From the NCBI GenBank assembly GCA_963821925.1, contig CAWGFO010000012.1:4123-68122 (forward strand): DNA of 64,000 nucleotides, in the 5' to 3' direction. Source of the stretch: an uncultured Actinomycetes bacterium (GTDB lineage: Bacteria; Actinomycetota; UBA4738; HRBIN12). Numbering within the stretch: position 1 is the stretch's first letter; each line of letters starts with the position of its first letter. The translations under genes were made by a program, and so were the position numbers. The notes under the pieces were generated by a model. It was not told the origin of the DNA. It saw only the letters and a program-made list of their open reading frames with translations, and did not search any database. Below are positions 26,863 to 36,973 of the stretch, in pieces.

Positions 26863-28491
26863 GTGGCCGACACCGGCAGCGGGATCGATCGAGCGCGCGG
26901 CGCGATGGCGCGAGGCGCGTGGGCCGAGGCGTACGACGCCTTCAGCGCCGTCGATCGCGCCGCCCTGACCGGGAGCGACCTCGAGGGCCTCGCCGACGCC
27001 GCCTGGTGGATCTCGCGGCTCGACGTGTCGCTCGACGCCCGCCACCAGGCGTACGCCGCCTACGAGCAGGAGGGCGACGAGCTCGGCGCCGGCACGGTCG
27101 CGGCCCGCCTCGCGATCGAGCACTTCGTGCGGGAGCAGCCCTCCGTCGGCGCGGGGTACCTGATGCGTGCCCGGCGCCACGCCGAGCACATCCCGCCGGG
27201 ATCCGAGCAAGGGTTCATCGCGATGGTCGAGTCGAACGTCGCCCGGTTCTCAGGTGACCCCGACGGCGCGATCGCGAAGGCCCGTGAGGCCGTCGAGATC
27301 GGCCGTCGGTTCGGCGACCGCGACCTGATCGCGATGGCGATCCACACCGAGGGGCTCGCGCGGATCGACGCGGGTCACGCGGCAGACGGCATGGCCCTCC
27401 TCGACGAGGCGATGACCTCCGTGCTCGCCGGCGACCTGGACCCGTACTTCACGGGGATCATCTACTGCAACCTGATCCAGGCCTGTCTGGAGCTGAACGA
27501 CATCCGGCGCGCCGGGGAGTGGAGCGACGCGGCACGCGCCTGGTGCGACGCCCTCCCGCCCGACGCACCCTTCCCGGGGATGTGCCGCATCAACCGTGCG
27601 GAGGTTGCCCGCCTGCGCGGTGCCTGGCCCGAGGCCGAGGCCGAGGCGGTCCGCGCGTGCGAGGAGCTCGCAGCCCTCGAACCCTCCCTCGTCGCGGCCG
27701 CGCTGGCGCAAGTCGGAGAGATCCGACGGCGAACCGGCGACCTCGAGGGTGCCGAGACGGCGTTCGGCCGCGCACAGGAGCTCGGGGGCGAGCCACAACC
27801 TTGGCTCGCGTACCTCCGCCTCTCCCAGGGGAAGATCGACGCCGCGCGCACCGGACTGCGGCTCGCGCTCACCGCCGAGCACCAGCCGGCACGTCGAGCG
27901 CGGCTCCTCGCGGCCCAGGTCGAGGCCGCCGTCACCGCGGGCGACCTCGACGAGGCACGCGCCGCGCTCGGCGAGCTCTCCGCGGTGACGGCGGACGCCG
28001 ACGTTCCCGGCTTCGCCGCCGAGGTCGCCACCGCTGACGGTCAGGTCGCCCTCGCCGACGGGCGCGTCCCGGACGCGCTCGATCGGCTCCGCACCGCGGT
28101 CGCGGCCTGGCAGGCGTTGCGCCTGCCGTACGAGGCCGCCCGCGCCCGGGTCCTCTGCGCCGAGGCGATCCGCGCCGGAGGCGACGAGGACGGCGCCCGG
28201 CTCGAGCTGCGCACCGCCCGCGCCGCGTTCGAACGGCTGGGCGCGATACCCGACGTCGCGGCGGTCACGCGCATGCTCGGCGCACCCGACGCCCTGCCCG
28301 CCGGGCTCACCGCCCGTGAGGCAGAGGTGCTCCGCCTGGTCGCGGCCGGCAAGACGAACCGGGACATCGCCGTCGAACTCGTGATCAGCGAGCACACGGT
28401 GGCCCGCCACCTGCAGAACATGTTCGCCAAGCTCGGGGTGTCGTCTCGCTCGGCGGCGACCGCGTTCGCGTTCGAGCACGGTCTGGCCTGA
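26863..28491 (+). CDS. LuxR-family transcriptional regulator with TPR-like helical N-terminus
   Basis: C-terminal LTAREAEVLRLVAAGKTNRDIA...ISEHTVARH; GAGGAG SD. Confidence 0.9.
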   Translation: MADTGSGIDRARGAMARGAWAEAYDAFSAVDRAALTGSDLEGLADAAWWISRLDVSLDARHQAYAAYEQEGDELGAGTVAARLAIEHFVREQPSVGAGYLMRARRHAEHIPPGSEQGFIAMVESNVARFSGDPDGAIAKAREAVEIGRRFGDRDLIAMAIHTEGLARIDAGHAADGMALLDEAMTSVLAGDLDPYFTGIIYCNLIQACLELNDIRRAGEWSDAARAWCDALPPDAPFPGMCRINRAEVARLRGAWPEAEAEAVRACEELAALEPSLVAAALAQVGEIRRRTGDLEGAETAFGRAQELGGEPQPWLAYLRLSQGKIDAARTGLRLALTAEHQPARRARLLAAQVEAAVTAGDLDEARAALGELSAVTADADVPGFAAEVATADGQVALADGRVPDALDRLRTAVAAWQALRLPYEAARARVLCAEAIRAGGDEDGARLELRTARAAFERLGAIPDVAAVTRMLGAPDALPAGLTAREAEVLRLVAAGKTNRDIAVELVISEHTVARHLQNMFAKLGVSSRSAATAFAFEHGLA

Positions 28492-28492
28492 C

Positions 28493-28512
28493 CGTGGTTC
28501 GTTCTCACCACG
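28493..28512. promoter_or_regulatory. Inverted repeat CGTGGT-N8-ACCACG; candidate LuxR operator for the downstream monooxygenase
   Basis: Perfect 6-bp arms immediately after the regulator stop; TAGCGT -10 box at 28569-28574. Confidence 0.5.
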
Positions 28513-28602
28513 TCGTACCGGCGGCAGGTTGGTGCGTTCCGGCGATGAGGTGACGTGGCCAGCCGCCGTAGCGTCGTCCCATACCGAACGGAGGTACGGG
28601 AC

Positions 28603-29706
28603 ATGGACGTGGAACGGTTCGACACGATCGTGATCGGTGCGGGCCAGGCCGGTCTCTCGGCCGGCGCGTACCTGCAGCGCGCTGGGCGGTCGTTCCTGAT
28701 CCTGGACGCGGGCGAGCGGGTCGGTGACACGTGGCGTCAGCGCTACGACTCGTTGCGCCTGTTCACCCCACCGCGCTACATCGGCCTGCCCGGGAGCCGG
28801 ATCCCGTCGAAGGACGGGCGCATGCCCACGAAGGACGAGCTGGCCGACTACCTCGAGGCGTACGCCGCCGAGACGGCGCTCCCCGTCCGGAGCGGGGTCC
28901 GCGTGGACGGCGTGCGGCGCGAGGGTGAGCACTACCTCGTGACGGCCGGAGCCGAGACCTTCGAGGCGGCCAACGTGATCGTGGCGAACGGCGCTCACCG
29001 CGAGCGGCGCGTGCCGGCGTTCGCGCACGAGCTCGACCCCTCGATCGTGCAGCTGCACTCGAGCGAGTACAAGAACCCGTCGCAGCTCCGCGACGGCGGC
29101 GTCCTGGTGGTGGGTGCCGGCAACTCGGGCGCCGACATCTCGCTCGAGCTGTCGGGCACGCACCCGACGTGGCTCTCAGGCCCCGAGCGCGGCCACATCC
29201 CCCCGGACATCGATACGTGGATCGCGCGACACATCGCGTTCCCGGTGATCCGCTTCATCGGCGTGCACGTGCTGACGCTCCGCACCCCGATGGGACGGAA
29301 GGCAATCGCCAAGATGGGCACGCAGGGCGACCCGCTCGTGCGGGTGAAGCCGAAGCAGCTCGTAGCCGCGGGTGTGCAGCGCGCGCCGAAGACGGTGGCG
29401 GCTCGCGGCGGCGCCCCTGTCCTCGAAGACGGCAGCGTCCTCGACGTCGCGAACGTGATCTGGTGCACGGGGTTCAGCCACGACCTGTCGTGGATCGACC
29501 TCCCGATCTTCGGCGAGGACGGCAGGCCGATGCACGAGCGCGGCGTCGTGACGTCCGAGCCCGGCCTGTACTTCGTGGGGCTGCCCTTCCAGTTCGCGGT
29601 CGCGTCCGACGTGCTGCCGGGCGTCGGGCGGGACGCGGCGTACGTGGTGAAGCAGCTCCGGCGGCGGAGCCGCGAGCTCGTGCCCGCCGAGGTTGTCGCC
29701 GCCTGA
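28603..29706 (+). CDS. Flavin-containing monooxygenase (CzcO/ArsO-like)
   Basis: GAGQAG, WRQRYDSLRLFTP, HSSEY, GAGNSG, WCTG. Confidence 0.88.
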   Translation: MDVERFDTIVIGAGQAGLSAGAYLQRAGRSFLILDAGERVGDTWRQRYDSLRLFTPPRYIGLPGSRIPSKDGRMPTKDELADYLEAYAAETALPVRSGVRVDGVRREGEHYLVTAGAETFEAANVIVANGAHRERRVPAFAHELDPSIVQLHSSEYKNPSQLRDGGVLVVGAGNSGADISLELSGTHPTWLSGPERGHIPPDIDTWIARHIAFPVIRFIGVHVLTLRTPMGRKAIAKMGTQGDPLVRVKPKQLVAAGVQRAPKTVAARGGAPVLEDGSVLDVANVIWCTGFSHDLSWIDLPIFGEDGRPMHERGVVTSEPGLYFVGLPFQFAVASDVLPGVGRDAAYVVKQLRRRSRELVPAEVVAA

Positions 29707-29775
29707 CCTCGGCGGGCGCCGGCCCGACTCGAGCGGCGAAGTGCCCCCCGCAGGACCCTCGCCTAGGCTGGGCGG

Positions 29776-30537
29776 ATGGCGCCCTTGCCGGTCTTCGTCG
29801 TCGCTGGCGCACTGATCGGCCTCCTGACGGGACTCTTCGGGGTCGGAGGATCGTCGGTCGCCACGCCGCTGCTCTCCCTGCTCGGGGTGCCGCCGCTCCT
29901 GGCCGTGGCCTCGCCGCTGCCGGCGACGATCCCTTCGGCCGTGGTGGGCGTGATCCCCTACGTCCGCGCGGGTGAGGCGCGACCGAGGGCGGCGGGATGG
30001 ACGCTCGCGGGGGCGATCCCCGCCGCGATCCTCGGCGCGCTGGCATCCCATCGTGTCGGGGGCCCGGCGCTGCTGGTGATCTCGGGCGTCGTGCTGATCG
30101 TGGTCGGCCAGCGGGTGCTGCGCCCGATCGACCCCTCGATGCGACGCCGCGGCACGGAGCGACGGAAGAACCGGCCGATCCTGATCGCGGCGTCCGCCGG
30201 GCTGGGCCTGTTCACCGGGCTCCTCGCGAACGGGGGCGGGTTCCTCCTGGTCCCGATGTACCTCCTCCTCTTCGGCCTCACGATGCGCGAGTCGGCGGGC
30301 ACGAGCCTCCTCGTGATCGCGGTGCTGGCGGTCCCGACCCTGGCCGCGCACTGGTCGTTGGGTCACGTCGACTGGCCCGTCGCGGGAGCGTTCGCCTTGG
30401 GGGCCGTGCCCGCGAGCGCGCTGAGCGGCCGGTACGCGCACGTCGTGGCGGGCCCTCGGGTCCGGCATGCCTTCGGATGGTTCTTGATCGGCGCGGGTGC
30501 CGCGTTCGTCGCGTTCCGGCTCGCCACCCGCGCGTAG
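29776..30537 (+). CDS. TauE/SafE sulfite exporter family protein
   Basis: GLFGVGG and GLLANGGGFLLVP tandem motifs; about 8 TM. Confidence 0.88.
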   Translation: MAPLPVFVVAGALIGLLTGLFGVGGSSVATPLLSLLGVPPLLAVASPLPATIPSAVVGVIPYVRAGEARPRAAGWTLAGAIPAAILGALASHRVGGPALLVISGVVLIVVGQRVLRPIDPSMRRRGTERRKNRPILIAASAGLGLFTGLLANGGGFLLVPMYLLLFGLTMRESAGTSLLVIAVLAVPTLAAHWSLGHVDWPVAGAFALGAVPASALSGRYAHVVAGPRVRHAFGWFLIGAGAAFVAFRLATRA

Positions 30538-30578
30538 GACTCGCTGCGCCGACCGCGACCTTCATGCATGCTGGTTCC

Positions 30579-31652
30579 ATGGCGGCGCACCCCGTCCCGA
30601 GAGCCGATGGCGCACCGACGAACGGCGAACTGGGAGAGCTGCTCCGCCGTGCGGCGGCCGACGAGTCCGGTCACCGGCGGCTCGCCCTGGAGCGCGCCTC
30701 GCGGGCCGCGATGTTCTGGCCCGAGGAGGCCGCGGCGCTCGCCGCGGAGGGTCGGTCGCTCACCGAACTGACCGGGGTCGGGCCGTGGGTCGACGCCCAG
30801 CTGCACGGCTGGATCGAGGATCCGCCGCCCGCGCCCGAGCCGGACGAGACGCGGGTCGGGTACCTCACTCACGCGGAGGTCCTCCGCGTCCTGCGCGAGG
30901 ACCCGTCGTGGGAGACGACCCCGCACGCGGATCTCCAGGTGCACAGCACCGACAGCGACGGCGGGCTGCCGCTCGCCGAGATGGCGGAGGCCGCCCGCCT
31001 CGAGGGCCGGACCTTCATCGCGGCCACGGACCACTCGCGGAGCCTGACGATCGCGCACGGTCAGGACGGCGAGCGGCTCGCCGACCAGGGCCGGAGGATC
31101 GACGCGTTGAACGCTTCCTACGCCGAGGCGGGAGCATCGTTCCGCGTGCTCAGGTCGATCGAGATGGACGTCTTCGACGACGGCGCGGCCGACATGACGG
31201 CCGAGGAGCTCGCCGGGCTCGATCTCGTGCTCGGCGCCTTCCACTCGAAGCTGCGCGTGCGCGAGGACGCGACCCCGCGATACCTCGCCGCGCTGCGGAA
31301 CCCGACCGTGCACGTGCTCGCCCACCCGAAGGCCCGGATGTACGGGAGGCGCACCGGACTCACGGCCGACTGGCCGCGCGTGTTCGAGGAGGCGGCCCGA
31401 CTGGGCAAGGCCGTCGAGTTGGACGCCACGCCCTACCGCCAGGACCTGAACGTCGAGCTGGCCGCGATCGCCGTGGCGGCAGGCGTGGAGTGGTTCTCGA
31501 TGGGGACCGATGCCCACGGCCCCGGAGAACTCGCGAACCTGCCCTTCGGGATGGCCACCGCCGCGCTCGCAGGCGTCCGGCGTGACCAGCTGCTGATCTA
31601 CCGGACCGCCGAGCAGGTCAGCGCATGGGCGAGGGAGCTGAACGGGCGATGA
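30579..31652 (+). CDS. PHP domain protein with N-terminal PolX-like HhH (8-kDa) domain; no polymerase core
   Basis: N-terminal LTELTGVG HhH; PHP motifs DLQVHSTDSDG, TDHS, IEMD, AHP, GTDAH. Confidence 0.85.
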   Translation: MAAHPVPRADGAPTNGELGELLRRAAADESGHRRLALERASRAAMFWPEEAAALAAEGRSLTELTGVGPWVDAQLHGWIEDPPPAPEPDETRVGYLTHAEVLRVLREDPSWETTPHADLQVHSTDSDGGLPLAEMAEAARLEGRTFIAATDHSRSLTIAHGQDGERLADQGRRIDALNASYAEAGASFRVLRSIEMDVFDDGAADMTAEELAGLDLVLGAFHSKLRVREDATPRYLAALRNPTVHVLAHPKARMYGRRTGLTADWPRVFEEAARLGKAVELDATPYRQDLNVELAAIAVAAGVEWFSMGTDAHGPGELANLPFGMATAALAGVRRDQLLIYRTAEQVSAWARELNGR

Positions 31653-32531
31653 CGCGACGGGTGGAGGTCAGCCGACCCGACAAGGTGCTCTGGCCGGCGC
31701 TCGGCGTCACGAAGCAGGCCTACGCCGACTACCTCGCGTCGGTGGGCGAGCACATGCTTCCCTGGCTCCGGCGCCGTCCCCTCACCCTCGTCCGAGCGCC
31801 GGACGGGATCGACGGGCAGCGCTACTTCCAGAAAGACACCCCGAACTACGCGCCGGGGTGGATCCGGACGGTCAGCATCCCCGCGCCGAGCGCGAAGCGC
31901 GACGTCCGCTACACGATCTGCGACGACGCGGCGACGCTCCGCTGGCTGGGGAACCAGGCGGCCCTGGAGTTCCATCCGGCGCCGGTCCGCGTCGGACCGG
32001 CTCGACCGCCCGGATCAGCTCGTCGTCGACATCGACCCGCCGGAGGGCGCGTTCGACGCCGCGGTCGAGGTGGCCGGGCTCGTGCTGGAGGTGCTCGACG
32101 ACGTCGGGCTCGACGCACTCGTCAAGACCACGGGGGGCAAGGGGCTCCACGTGGTCGTCCCGATCGAACGGCGGACCCGCCAGGAGGGGCTCCGGCGAGC
32201 GGCGGCCGCGATCACGTCGACCGTGGTCGCGCGCCGGCCCGAGCTCGTGACCGACGAATTCCGCAAGGCCAAACGCGGCGAGCGCGTGATGCTCGACCCG
32301 TCCCGGAACGGGGTGGGTGCCACCATCGTTGCGCCGTACTCCCCTCGCGCACGGCCGGAGGGAACGGTGTCCTTCCCGGTCGCGGCGGGCGACCTGTCGT
32401 CGATCGCCCCGGGGGACTTCACGCTCCGCACGGTCCCCGGGCTCCTGGACGGTCCCGGGCCGCGAGCATGGGCCCGCGCGGCGCGGCGCCGACCGCAGCG
32501 GCTGCCCTCACGGCTCCTCGATGAGGGGTGA
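31649..32531 (+). CDS. ligD: Stand-alone LigD-type primase-polymerase domain; apparent +1 frameshift at about 31994
   Basis: [26 protein letters not shown]; after removing one G: [32 protein letters not shown]; ATGA overlap with the PHP gene. Confidence 0.85.
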
Positions 32532-32545
32532 TACCGTCCCGCGCC

Positions 32546-32820
32546 ATGGACGCAGACGTCGTCGTGATCGGGGCCGGGTTCGCGGGGATCGCGGCCGCGC
32601 GGGACCTGCAGGAGGCCGGGCGCCGGGTGCTGGTGCTCGAGGCGCGCGACCGGATCGGCGGACGCACCTGGTACCGGGAGATCCCCGAGACCGGGGTGTG
32701 GGCGGAGTACGGCGGCATGTTCTTCTCGCGGGCCACGCAGCCACACCTGGCCCGGGAGATCGAGCGGTACGCGATCGCGGTGACGCCCGCCGGCGACCCG
32801 GAAGTCGTGTCCTGGATCCG
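32546..32820 (+). pseudogene. N-terminal fragment of a flavin monoamine oxidase family protein
   Basis: VIGAGFAG...[11 protein letters not shown]...EYGG; similarity ends after about 92 codons. Confidence 0.75.
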
Positions 32821-33210
32821 GTGGACCAGCCCGAGCGCGCCCTCGCCACGCTGCACGAGCTCGCCGGGATCGGCGTCGGCCTGTCGGTCGACGACTTCGG
32901 GACCGGGTACTCCTCGCTCGCCTACCTCCAACGCCTGCCGGTGGGCGAGCTGAAGATCGACCGCTCGTTCGTGATGCGTCTGGGCACCAGCGAGTCCGAC
33001 GCCGAGATCGTCCGCTCGACGGTCGAGCTGGGGCACAACCTGGGGCTCTCGATCGTGGCCGAGGGCGTCGAGGACGAGGCGTCGCTGACGTTCCTCGTGA
33101 ACGCCGGCTGCGACGTGGCGCAGGGGTTCTACATCGCGCGGCCGATGCCTGCCGGCGACGTGCCGGCCTGGGTGCGCGGGTCAGCCTGGCCGATCCCCGT
33201 CGAGGTCTGA
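32821..33210 (+). pseudogene. C-terminal fragment of an EAL (c-di-GMP phosphodiesterase) domain
   Basis: [32 protein letters not shown]; the N-terminal half including the EAL motif is missing. Confidence 0.8.
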
Positions 33211-33213
33211 CCC

Positions 33214-33866
33214 TCAGGCGATCAGGACGACGGGGCGACCTTCTCCTTGCCGGAGATAGAGGTCGATCGCCACGCTCGTCACGGCAGCCCATACGCACCA
33301 GAGCGAGGTGAGCCCGTCCACGGTGAGCCATGCCAGCATCGTGACGGCCAGCGAGGTTCGAGATCGCCGAAGTACCTGATCAGTCGATCGCTCGACACGA
33401 GCAGCGCACCGCACGCCGCGATCACGTAGAGGACTCCGGCGAGGTCGCCTCCGGGGATCACGACGAAGTAGGCGATGTGGAGTCCGTCGATGGCGGCATC
33501 CACGGGACCGCGCACGAGCGCGATGAACAGCATCAGCGCGGCGGCGACCCCCACGGCCGCGAGGCCCGTCATGATCGTCCGTCGCTTCCGCGACGGCTCG
33601 ACCCCGCGCACGGCGAGCGGGACCCACACCGGCAGGACGAACGCGATCGCGAGGTAGACCCAGATCGCCCCATCACCCAGGCTCGCCGATCCCGACCCCT
33701 CCAGCCCACGCCAGACGAACACTTCGATCAGCGTGTGGATCCCGAGGAGGAGCGGGAGGGAGGCGAGGGGCATCTCCTCCGGCGACCGAGCCCGGCGGAT
33801 CGCGTCGACGCCGACGGCGGTCACCGCGACGCCGGCGACCAGGTCGACCTCGGGAGAGAAGCACAT
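33214..33866 (-). CDS. DUF6629-like membrane protein; apparent indel(s) near 33345-33365
   Basis: MCFSPEVDL... in one frame; ...TSLWCVWAAVTS C-terminus in another. Confidence 0.75.
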
Positions 33867-33940
33867 CTGCGCTCCACCCTGTCACATAGAGGAGGCGACA
33901 CGGCCGGTCGGCGCACGAACCCCGGGCCTATCCTGGCGCC

Positions 33941-35077
33941 ATGACTACCTCGGTGCTCGTCCTCGGTGCGGGCTTCGGCGGTCTCGAACTCTCGAGTCGC
34001 CTCTCGCAGGAGCTCGGCGACCAGGTCGAGGTCACCCTGATCGATCGCGCCGACGCGTTCGTGTTCGGCTTCTCGAAACTCGACGTGCTGTTCGGGAAGC
34101 GGGAACCGCAGGCCGTCCGCATCCCGTACGAGGAGATCGCCCACCCGCAGATCCGGTTCCGGCAGGAGACGATCACCTCGATCGACCCGGAAGCTCGGCG
34201 CGTCGTGACCGACCTCGACACCTACGAAGCCGACATCGTCGTGGTGGCCCTGGGGGCCGACTACGACCTCGCGGCCACGCCCGGTCTGACCGAGGCCGGG
34301 AACGAGTTCTACACGGTCGCCGGCGCCGAGACCCTCAGCCGCCGGCTCCCCACGTTCTCGACGGGAACGGCGATCGTCGGCGTCTGCGGCGCCCCGTTCA
34401 AGTGCCCACCGGCACCGAGCGAGGCCGCGATCCTGCTCGACGAGTACCTGCGCGAGCGCGGCGTCCGCGACGACGTCCGGATCCAGGTGGTCATCCCGTT
34501 CGGCACCCCGGTCCCTCCGTCGCCGGCGACCTCTGATGCGCTCCTCGCTGCGTTCGCCGAACGGGACGTCGAGTTCATCGCCGGCCACCGGGTGGCGGCG
34601 CTGGACCCGGACACGGGCGACGCGATCCTCGACGACGGCACGCGCCTTCCGTGCGACCTGTTCCTCGGGATCCCGGTACATCGAGCTCCGTCCGTGGTCG
34701 TCGACGCAGGCATGACGGAAGACGGGTGGATCCCCGTCGATCCCCACACCCTCGCCACGCGGTTCCCGGGCGTGTACGCCGTGGGCGACGTCACGAGCGT
34801 CGGCACGCCGAAGGCGGGGGTGTTCGCCGAGCGCGCCGCCCGCGTCGTGGCCGATCAGCTGATCGCCCGGATCCGCGGCGCCGAGGAGCCGCCGGGCTTC
34901 GACGGCACCGGCTCGTGCTACATCGAGTTCGGCGATCGGCGGGTCGCGCGGATCGACGTGGACTTCTTCTCGACCCCAGGCCATCCGACCGGTGTCTTCA
35001 CGGCACCGACACCGGAGATGGCCACCGACAAGGTCGGATTCGGCTCGAGCCGCCGCTCCCGCTGGTTCGGCGCCTAG
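33941..35077 (+). CDS. Sulfide:quinone oxidoreductase-like FAD-dependent oxidoreductase
   Basis: GAGFGG, ALGA, FKCPPAPSE, YAVGD, PKAGVFA, SCYIEFG. Confidence 0.82.
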   Translation: MTTSVLVLGAGFGGLELSSRLSQELGDQVEVTLIDRADAFVFGFSKLDVLFGKREPQAVRIPYEEIAHPQIRFRQETITSIDPEARRVVTDLDTYEADIVVVALGADYDLAATPGLTEAGNEFYTVAGAETLSRRLPTFSTGTAIVGVCGAPFKCPPAPSEAAILLDEYLRERGVRDDVRIQVVIPFGTPVPPSPATSDALLAAFAERDVEFIAGHRVAALDPDTGDAILDDGTRLPCDLFLGIPVHRAPSVVVDAGMTEDGWIPVDPHTLATRFPGVYAVGDVTSVGTPKAGVFAERAARVVADQLIARIRGAEEPPGFDGTGSCYIEFGDRRVARIDVDFFSTPGHPTGVFTAPTPEMATDKVGFGSSRRSRWFGA

Positions 35078-35592
35078 CCCGATCCGGTCCCCTCGCCGGC
35101 CAGCGCCGCTTCGAGTCGGTCGAGGAACGGCGCCTGCGCGTCCTTGATCTTGACGCGGGCCTTCTTCAGCCGGAACCACTCGACCCGGTCGATCTCGGGG
35201 AACGTCTGGATCCGACCGGAACGTGGCGGCCACTCCATCTCGAAGGTGTTGCTCACCGCGTCGGCGGGATCGAGCGCGCCCTCGACCGCCCACGCGAACA
35301 CGACCTTGCCGGACCTCTGGCGGATGTCGCCGAGCTCGATCAGCGTGGCGTCGTCGGGGAGCGGGTGACCCGTCTCCTCGGCGAATTCGCGCCGAGCGAC
35401 CGCCTCCAGCTCCTCGCCGGACTCCACCTCGCCCTTGAGCACCGTCCAGTCGCCCTCGTCCTTGCGGGCCCAGTACGGGCTCCCGGGGTGGCCGAGCAGC
35501 ACCTCGATGTGTCCACCACGCCGGCGCCACATGAGGATCCCGGCGCTGAGCCGGCCCGCCTTGTTCACCTTGGGCTTGCGGGGGCGCGCCAT
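35074..35592 (-). CDS. NUDIX hydrolase
   Basis: KGEVESGEELEAVARREFAEETG Nudix box; EWPPRSG...FPEIDR. Confidence 0.92.
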   Translation of the reverse strand: MARPRKPKVNKAGRLSAGILMWRRRGGHIEVLLGHPGSPYWARKDEGDWTVLKGEVESGEELEAVARREFAEETGHPLPDDATLIELGDIRQRSGKVVFAWAVEGALDPADAVSNTFEMEWPPRSGRIQTFPEIDRVEWFRLKKARVKIKDAQAPFLDRLEAALAGEGTGSG

Positions 35593-35623
35593 CGTTCGAT
35601 GATGCCACGGCCGCCTGCCGATC

Positions 35624-35839
35624 TCAGTCGCGCATGCGTCCGGCGAACCATCCGGCGAGGAACGCGAGGGCCGCGAACGCCGTCAACAACAGCCACAGCG
35701 GCCACGTCACGTCGAAGAACAGGATCTGCAGCTTCGTGTCGCCGGTGTTCTGGAGGATCACGATCACCAGCAGCACCACCAGTACGCCGATCACGATCGA
35801 CTTGACCGACCTCCCTCGCTTCTCGCCTCCGTTGCTCAT
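35624..35839 (-). CDS. LapA/DUF1049-like small membrane protein
   Basis: TM-ILQNT...LFF...WPLWLLL-TM; GGGAGG SD. Confidence 0.8.
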   Translation of the reverse strand: MSNGGEKRGRSVKSIVIGVLVVLLVIVILQNTGDTKLQILFFDVTWPLWLLLTAFAALAFLAGWFAGRMRD

Positions 35840-35938
35840 ACGGGCCTCCCCTGGATCTCCGAAGCATCGCGCATGGGGGACGGACCTCCCGTAGCCGGGG
35901 AGGATCGGCGCCAGGCGCTGCCCGGCTATCCTTCGCCC

Positions 35939-36973
35939 GTGCGCATCGGGATCCATCTTCGGCACTGGGAGGGAACCCCTCGGGACCTGGTGCCGCTCGC
36001 ACGCGAGGCCGAGGCCCGCGGCCTCGACTCCGTCTGGATGTCGGAGACCTGGGGATCCGACGCCATGGTGCTCGCCACCTGGGTGGCCGCCCATACCGAA
36101 CGCATCGGGGTCGGCGTGGGCGTCGCCCAGATGCCGGCCCGCACCCCCGCGAACGCCGCGATGGGTGCGATCACGATCGACCACCTGAGCGGCGGGCGGT
36201 TCCGGCTCGGCCTCGGGACTTCGGGGCCGCAGGTGGCCGAGGGGTGGCACGGCACGGTGTTCGACCACCCGCTCGAACGCACCCGTGAGTACGTCGACAT
36301 CGTGCGTGCGATCGTGGCCCGCGAGGCACCGGTTGCCTACGAGGGCCGCCACTACCGGCTGCCGGCCGTCGGCGGAACCGGCCTCGGCAAGCCCCTCAAG
36401 ACGAACGTGCGGCCGCTGCGATCCGCGGTCCCGATCTACCTCGCATCGATGGGACCGCGGAACGTCGCCCTCACGGCCGAGATCGCCGACGGGTGGATGC
36501 CGCTGCTCTACTCCCCCGAGCACGCCGGCGTGTTCGCTGGGTCGCTGCGGGAGGGGTCCGTCGCCCGGGACCCGACGCTCGGCGCACTCGACATCGCGCC
36601 GATGGCCTGGGTCGCGATCGGCGACGATCTCGACGCCTGCCGCGACACGATCCGCTCGCTGATATCCCTCTACGTCGGCGCCTTCGGATCGAGGGAGACG
36701 AACTACTATCATGCGCTCGTCGCGCGCTGCGGCTACGAGGCCGAGGCCGCCCGGATCCAGGAGCTCGCGCTCGCGGGCAAGCGCGCCGAGGCCGCCGCCG
36801 CGGTGCCCGACCGGCTCGTCGACGAGTTCGCGCTGATCGGCCCGGTCCCGCGCGTCGCCGAGCGCCTGCAGGCGTATCGGGACGCAGGCGTCACGACGCT
36901 GCTGGTCCAGACCACCGACGTGGACACGATCGGCTCGATCGCCGCGGCCATCGAGCGAGGAGGCGTTTCGTGA
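35939..36973 (+). CDS. LLM-class F420-dependent oxidoreductase
   Basis: SETWGSDA, ARTP, LGLGTSGPQVAEGWHG, GLGKPLK, EIADGW. Confidence 0.9.
   Translation: MRIGIHLRHWEGTPRDLVPLAREAEARGLDSVWMSETWGSDAMVLATWVAAHTERIGVGVGVAQMPARTPANAAMGAITIDHLSGGRFRLGLGTSGPQVAEGWHGTVFDHPLERTREYVDIVRAIVAREAPVAYEGRHYRLPAVGGTGLGKPLKTNVRPLRSAVPIYLASMGPRNVALTAEIADGWMPLLYSPEHAGVFAGSLREGSVARDPTLGALDIAPMAWVAIGDDLDACRDTIRSLISLYVGAFGSRETNYYHALVARCGYEAEAARIQELALAGKRAEAAAAVPDRLVDEFALIGPVPRVAERLQAYRDAGVTTLLVQTTDVDTIGSIAAAIERGGVS

Noticed and set aside
32317-33210. Intact 297-aa EAL protein as given in the ORF track
   Set aside because: The first ~165 codons are an off-frame read of the ligD and amine-oxidase genes; only the last ~130 aa are EAL-like
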